64,000 nt of DNA from Vicinamibacteraceae bacterium. Its GTDB lineage: Bacteria; Acidobacteriota; Thermoanaerobaculia; Multivoradales; Multivoraceae. Made by a program: the position numbers and the translations under genes. Positions 61,015 through 64,000 of the stretch are shown here, piece by piece. The notes under the pieces are model-generated. The model was given only the letters and a program-made list of their open reading frames with translations. It made no database searches and had not been told where the DNA came from. The DNA is taken from contig JAAXHG010000122.1 in the NCBI GenBank assembly GCA_012270995.1, forward strand, positions 8,841-72,840, in the 5' to 3' direction. Within the stretch, counting starts at the first letter, position 1, and every line of letters begins with the position of its first letter.

Positions 61015-61566
61015 TTGCCCCGCCTGTTCGTTGCCCTCGACCTGCCTCCGGAGTTGAAGGCGGCTGTGCGAAGCCTGCAGTTCGGCCTTCGCAACGCCCG
61101 TTGGCTGGACGACGCCGGTCTGCATCTCACGCTGGCCTTCATCGGCGAGGTAGACGGTTCGATCGTGGAGCGGGTCGAAGGTGCTCTGGCCGAAGTCGAG
61201 GCCGACCCGATCCGTTTGGAGCTTCACGGCCTCGGTTGTTTTCCCGGCCGCGGCGACCCGCGAGTGCTGTGGACGGGCGCGGCGCCCAAGGCCGAACCTG
61301 CAGCCCTTGCCGCCGACGTCACCCGGGCCCTCCGGCGAGCCGGCGTGGCCCCGAAGCGCCGGCGATTCACTCCCCACGTCAGCCTGGTTCGATTCCGCCG
61401 GCCGCCGCCGCGCATTGACCTGGAGAGGTATCTGTCCGTCCACTCCCTGTTCCGGAGCCCGGTCTGCGAAGTCGCGTCGTTTCATCTGTACTCGAGCATC
61501 CTGCACCCGTCGGAGGCGCGCTACACGATCGAGGCGACCTTTCCTCTGGAGCGAAACGACCGGTAA
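61015..61566 (+). CDS. thpR: RNA 2',3'-cyclic phosphodiesterase (2H phosphoesterase, LigT/ThpR)
   Basis: 183 aa from a TTG start. It has two HxT/S motifs, 'LHLTLAFIG' and 'PHVSLVRF'. Confidence 0.8.
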   Translation: MPRLFVALDLPPELKAAVRSLQFGLRNARWLDDAGLHLTLAFIGEVDGSIVERVEGALAEVEADPIRLELHGLGCFPGRGDPRVLWTGAAPKAEPAALAADVTRALRRAGVAPKRRRFTPHVSLVRFRRPPPRIDLERYLSVHSLFRSPVCEVASFHLYSSILHPSEARYTIEATFPLERNDR

Positions 61567-61572
61567 ACGGCG

Positions 61573-62520
61573 CTACGCCGCCGGCAGCCGATCCAGGAAC
61601 CGGCGGATGGTGGCGACGAGCCGGGCCGGGGCGTCGTAGTGGACCATGTGGCCGGCGCCTTCGATCTCTTCGTGCCGGCCGCGGCGAAAGAGGGCGACGC
61701 GACGGGCGATCTCTTCGGGTTCAGGGGTTGCGTGCTGTTCGTCGATGCCGCGGCGGCTGCTCCAGAACTCGTTGGCGAGGGCGGCGGTGAGAATGAGGGT
61801 CGGGCAGGTCACCCAGCTCCAGCGTTCCTCGGAAGCTTCGGGCACGTTCGACATCCAGGTCGTGACCACCTGGGGATCCCACTTCCACTCAAGGCCGCCG
61901 CCGGGCAAGGCGCGGGTTCCCAGGTCGACGAACTCGAGTGCCCGATCGGGGTCAAGGCGGGGATGGACCCGCTTCAGCAGATCCCAGGCGTGGTTCCTGG
62001 ACGCGACCATCCGGTGCTTGCGCGGGTGGGTCATCGACTCGATCCCCATCCTGACCCGTTTCTGCTTGACCTCTTCGGGGAAGCGGTTCAGCGCGTAGGG
62101 CGGACCGAGACCCTCGATCAGCACGATGGCCCGTGGTAGCTCGGAGAAGATGCCGGCCCATTGGGCCACGACCTGGCCTCCGAGGCTGTGGCCGATGACG
62201 ATCGGCCGGTCGAGTTCACTGTCCAGGAACACGGCGTGCAGGTCGGCGATGTGGTGGGCCATCGTGTAGATGCCGGGATGCGCGCTCTCGCCGTGGCCGC
62301 GCAGGTCGTAGGCGATGACCCGGTGGTCGGCGGCGAACGCCTCGGCGACCGGCGCGAGGGTGAGCGCGAAGTCCTGGATGCCGTGGGCCAGCAGGATCGC
62401 GGGGCCAGAGGCTCGGCCCCACTCGTAGATCTCGAGTTCGGTGCCGCTGGTTTCGATGCGTCGCTGCCGGTGGGTCGCCGGCTCGAAGCGGGGCGGCGGT
62501 TGGGATGCGGTCAGGGTCAA
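61573..62520 (-). CDS. Alpha/beta hydrolase
   Basis: 315 aa with 'ILLAHGIQDF', the nucleophile elbow 'VIGHSLGG' and a C-terminal 'GAGHMVHYD'. The TTG start at 62520 is uncertain. Confidence 0.8.
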   Translation of the reverse strand: MTLTASQPPPRFEPATHRQRRIETSGTELEIYEWGRASGPAILLAHGIQDFALTLAPVAEAFAADHRVIAYDLRGHGESAHPGIYTMAHHIADLHAVFLDSELDRPIVIGHSLGGQVVAQWAGIFSELPRAIVLIEGLGPPYALNRFPEEVKQKRVRMGIESMTHPRKHRMVASRNHAWDLLKRVHPRLDPDRALEFVDLGTRALPGGGLEWKWDPQVVTTWMSNVPEASEERWSWVTCPTLILTAALANEFWSSRRGIDEQHATPEPEEIARRVALFRRGRHEEIEGAGHMVHYDAPARLVATIRRFLDRLPAA

Positions 62521-62562
62521 GGAGGGGCCACCAGAGGAAACCGCTGCCTTTGAGCGTCCGGT

Positions 62563-64000
62563 TCAGGTCGGCCAGCGGGCCGACAAGAGTAGCGTCGAAA
62601 CGGTCTTCCTGCGCGGCGAGTTCGTCGCTGAGCATCCGCCAGACGGCGGTCCGATGATCCGTCGGCCGGGCGTCGGTCTGGCCGACCGAGCGCGCCAGGT
62701 AAGTGAGTCGGGCGTAGAGCCGGCGCGGCCAGCGCAGGGAATCCAGGAACGGACGCAAGCGCGCCGAGGCGGCAGGTCGTCGAAGGAGACCCAGAGGCCG
62801 TTCTCGGTGCCCAGGAACAGGAGTTCGGGTTGCTCGGGATCCTCGCGGACGGCGTGGACGTTCGCGAGCGGCCCGCGCGGCAGGACGGCCGCGAGATCTG
62901 TCCATGTCTCGCCGTAGTCGTTCGTCCGGAACACGTACGGCGTCGTGTCGCCTTCCTGGTGACGGTCGACCGCCACGTAGGCCGCGCCGGCGTCGACGTC
63001 CGACGGGTCGATGTTCCTCACGGTGCCGAGAGGCGGCAGGCCGGGGAGGTTCGCGGTCACGTTGATCCAGCTCTCGCCGCCGTCGCGGGTCAACTGGACC
63101 TGTCCGTCGTTCGTGCCGGCCCAGATCAGCCCGGGCTCGAGCGGGCTCTCGGCGATCGCGAAGACGACCGGCGCGATCGTCGGTCCGGCGTCGTCGAGGG
63201 TCAGGCCACCGCTGCGCCGCATCAGCGCCGGGTCGGCGGTGGTGAGATCGGGGGAGATCCGCTCCCAGCTCTGGCCCCGGTCGCGGCTCCTGTGGACGTA
63301 CTGGCTGCCTGCGTAGACGAGCTCCGGATCATGAGGCGAAGTCGCGAAGGGCGCCGTCCACTGGAAGCGGTACTCGAGGTCCGACGCCGGCGAACTCTCG
63401 ATCGCCAGCGGCCAGACGCTGACGTCGCGGGACTGGCCTGAGCGCAGGTCGTACAGCTCGAGCTGACCGTCGTAGCAGCCGGTCCAGACCAGGTCCGGGT
63501 CGGCGCGGTGGACCATCGAGAAGCCGACCTCGCAGCCGCCGACGGAATGCCACTCGCCGACCGGAATGCCCTGGGTGCGTCCTCCATAGAGGATGCGGCT
63601 CGGTCCGCGCATCGAGGGTCCGTCCTGGCGGTTGCCGTAGACGAAATAGGGCCGGCGGTCGTCGGTCGAGACGTGGTACATCTGCGCGATCGAGATGTTG
63701 CTGCGGATGAAGCTCTCGCCGGTGCCGACCCAGACCACGTTCGGGTCGGAGGGAGCGATCGCGATCGAGCCGATCGAGGCCGCCTCCTGCCGGTCGAAGA
63801 TCGGCTCCCAGCCGACGCCGCCGTCGTTGCTGCGCCAGAGCCCGCCCGATGCGGCGCCGGCGTACCAGGTCCGTGGATCGCCGGAGACGCCGGCGACCGC
63901 CGAAACCCGGTTGCCGATCGGTCCGATGTGGCGGAACGCGAACGCGTCGAGAAGCTGCGGTGGCGTCTCCGTAGCGGGCTGGGCGGCCGCGGCGACGGTA
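62563..64000 (-). pseudogene. BNR/sortilin(Vps10)-repeat 'glycosyl hydrolase-like' protein, 5' end at the window edge, disrupted after ~480 aa
   Basis: The reading frame continues to position 64000 ('..FRHIGPIGNRVSAVAGVSGDPRTWYAGAASGGLWRSNDGGVGWEPIF..SIGSIAIAPSDPNVVWVGTGE'). BNR-type 'S.D.G.SW' repeats are present. After '..LFLGTENGLWVSFDD' (about 62775) the frame turns to junk, while a family-typical C-terminal segment ('RLTYLARSVGQTDARPTDHRTAVWRMLSDELAAQEDRFDATLVGPLADLNRTLKGSG') sits in another frame (about 62540-62760). Confidence 0.55.

Overview
This is a high-GC bacterial chromosomal segment (roughly two-thirds G+C by eye) with about 55 credible protein-coding genes. I found no rRNA, tRNA or CRISPR array. 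Family calls come from motifs read in the supplied translations; no database search was possible.

Most of the window is ordinary core or metabolic content:
- rpsD
- a FAD-oxidoreductase::SelD fusion
- a radical-SAM protein
- a CoA-transferase
- an amidohydrolase
- a neutral-lipid (WS/DGAT) operon
- a GT39/aminotransferase operon
- an eight-gene Mrp-type antiporter operon
- an S9 peptidase
- a PfkB kinase
- an acyl-CoA ligase
- an S1/P1 nuclease
- ThpR

Three accessory patches stand out.
1. A ~4.2 kb opposite-strand block sits between the DNA-alkylation-repair genes alkA and ogt. It encodes a NACHT/STAND NTPase followed by a long helical region that ends in a PD-(D/E)xK-like nuclease motif. 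The two ORFs overlap by 116 nt and would fuse with a single-base shift at an A4 run. This is my best candidate for an undescribed defence system.
2. A type I restriction-modification locus (hsdM-hsdS-AlbA_2 gene-hsdR-M48 peptidase) looks largely decayed. hsdM, hsdR and the AlbA_2 gene each lack their central parts. hsdS is split by a perfect (CT)19 dinucleotide repeat and is exactly one repeat unit (+1) or two units (-2) away from an intact two-TRD gene.
3. A visibly less GC-rich two-gene module encodes an unknown secreted protein plus a metzincin with PPC-like and FN3 domains. It lies next to repeats, a strong hairpin and a possible IS110-type remnant.

Two families of intergenic hairpin (REP-like) repeats recur across the window. 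An unusual number of genes carry internal deletions or frameshifts, which means either real genome decay or assembly artefacts. Many long ORFs in the track are GC-driven antisense shadows and were not annotated.
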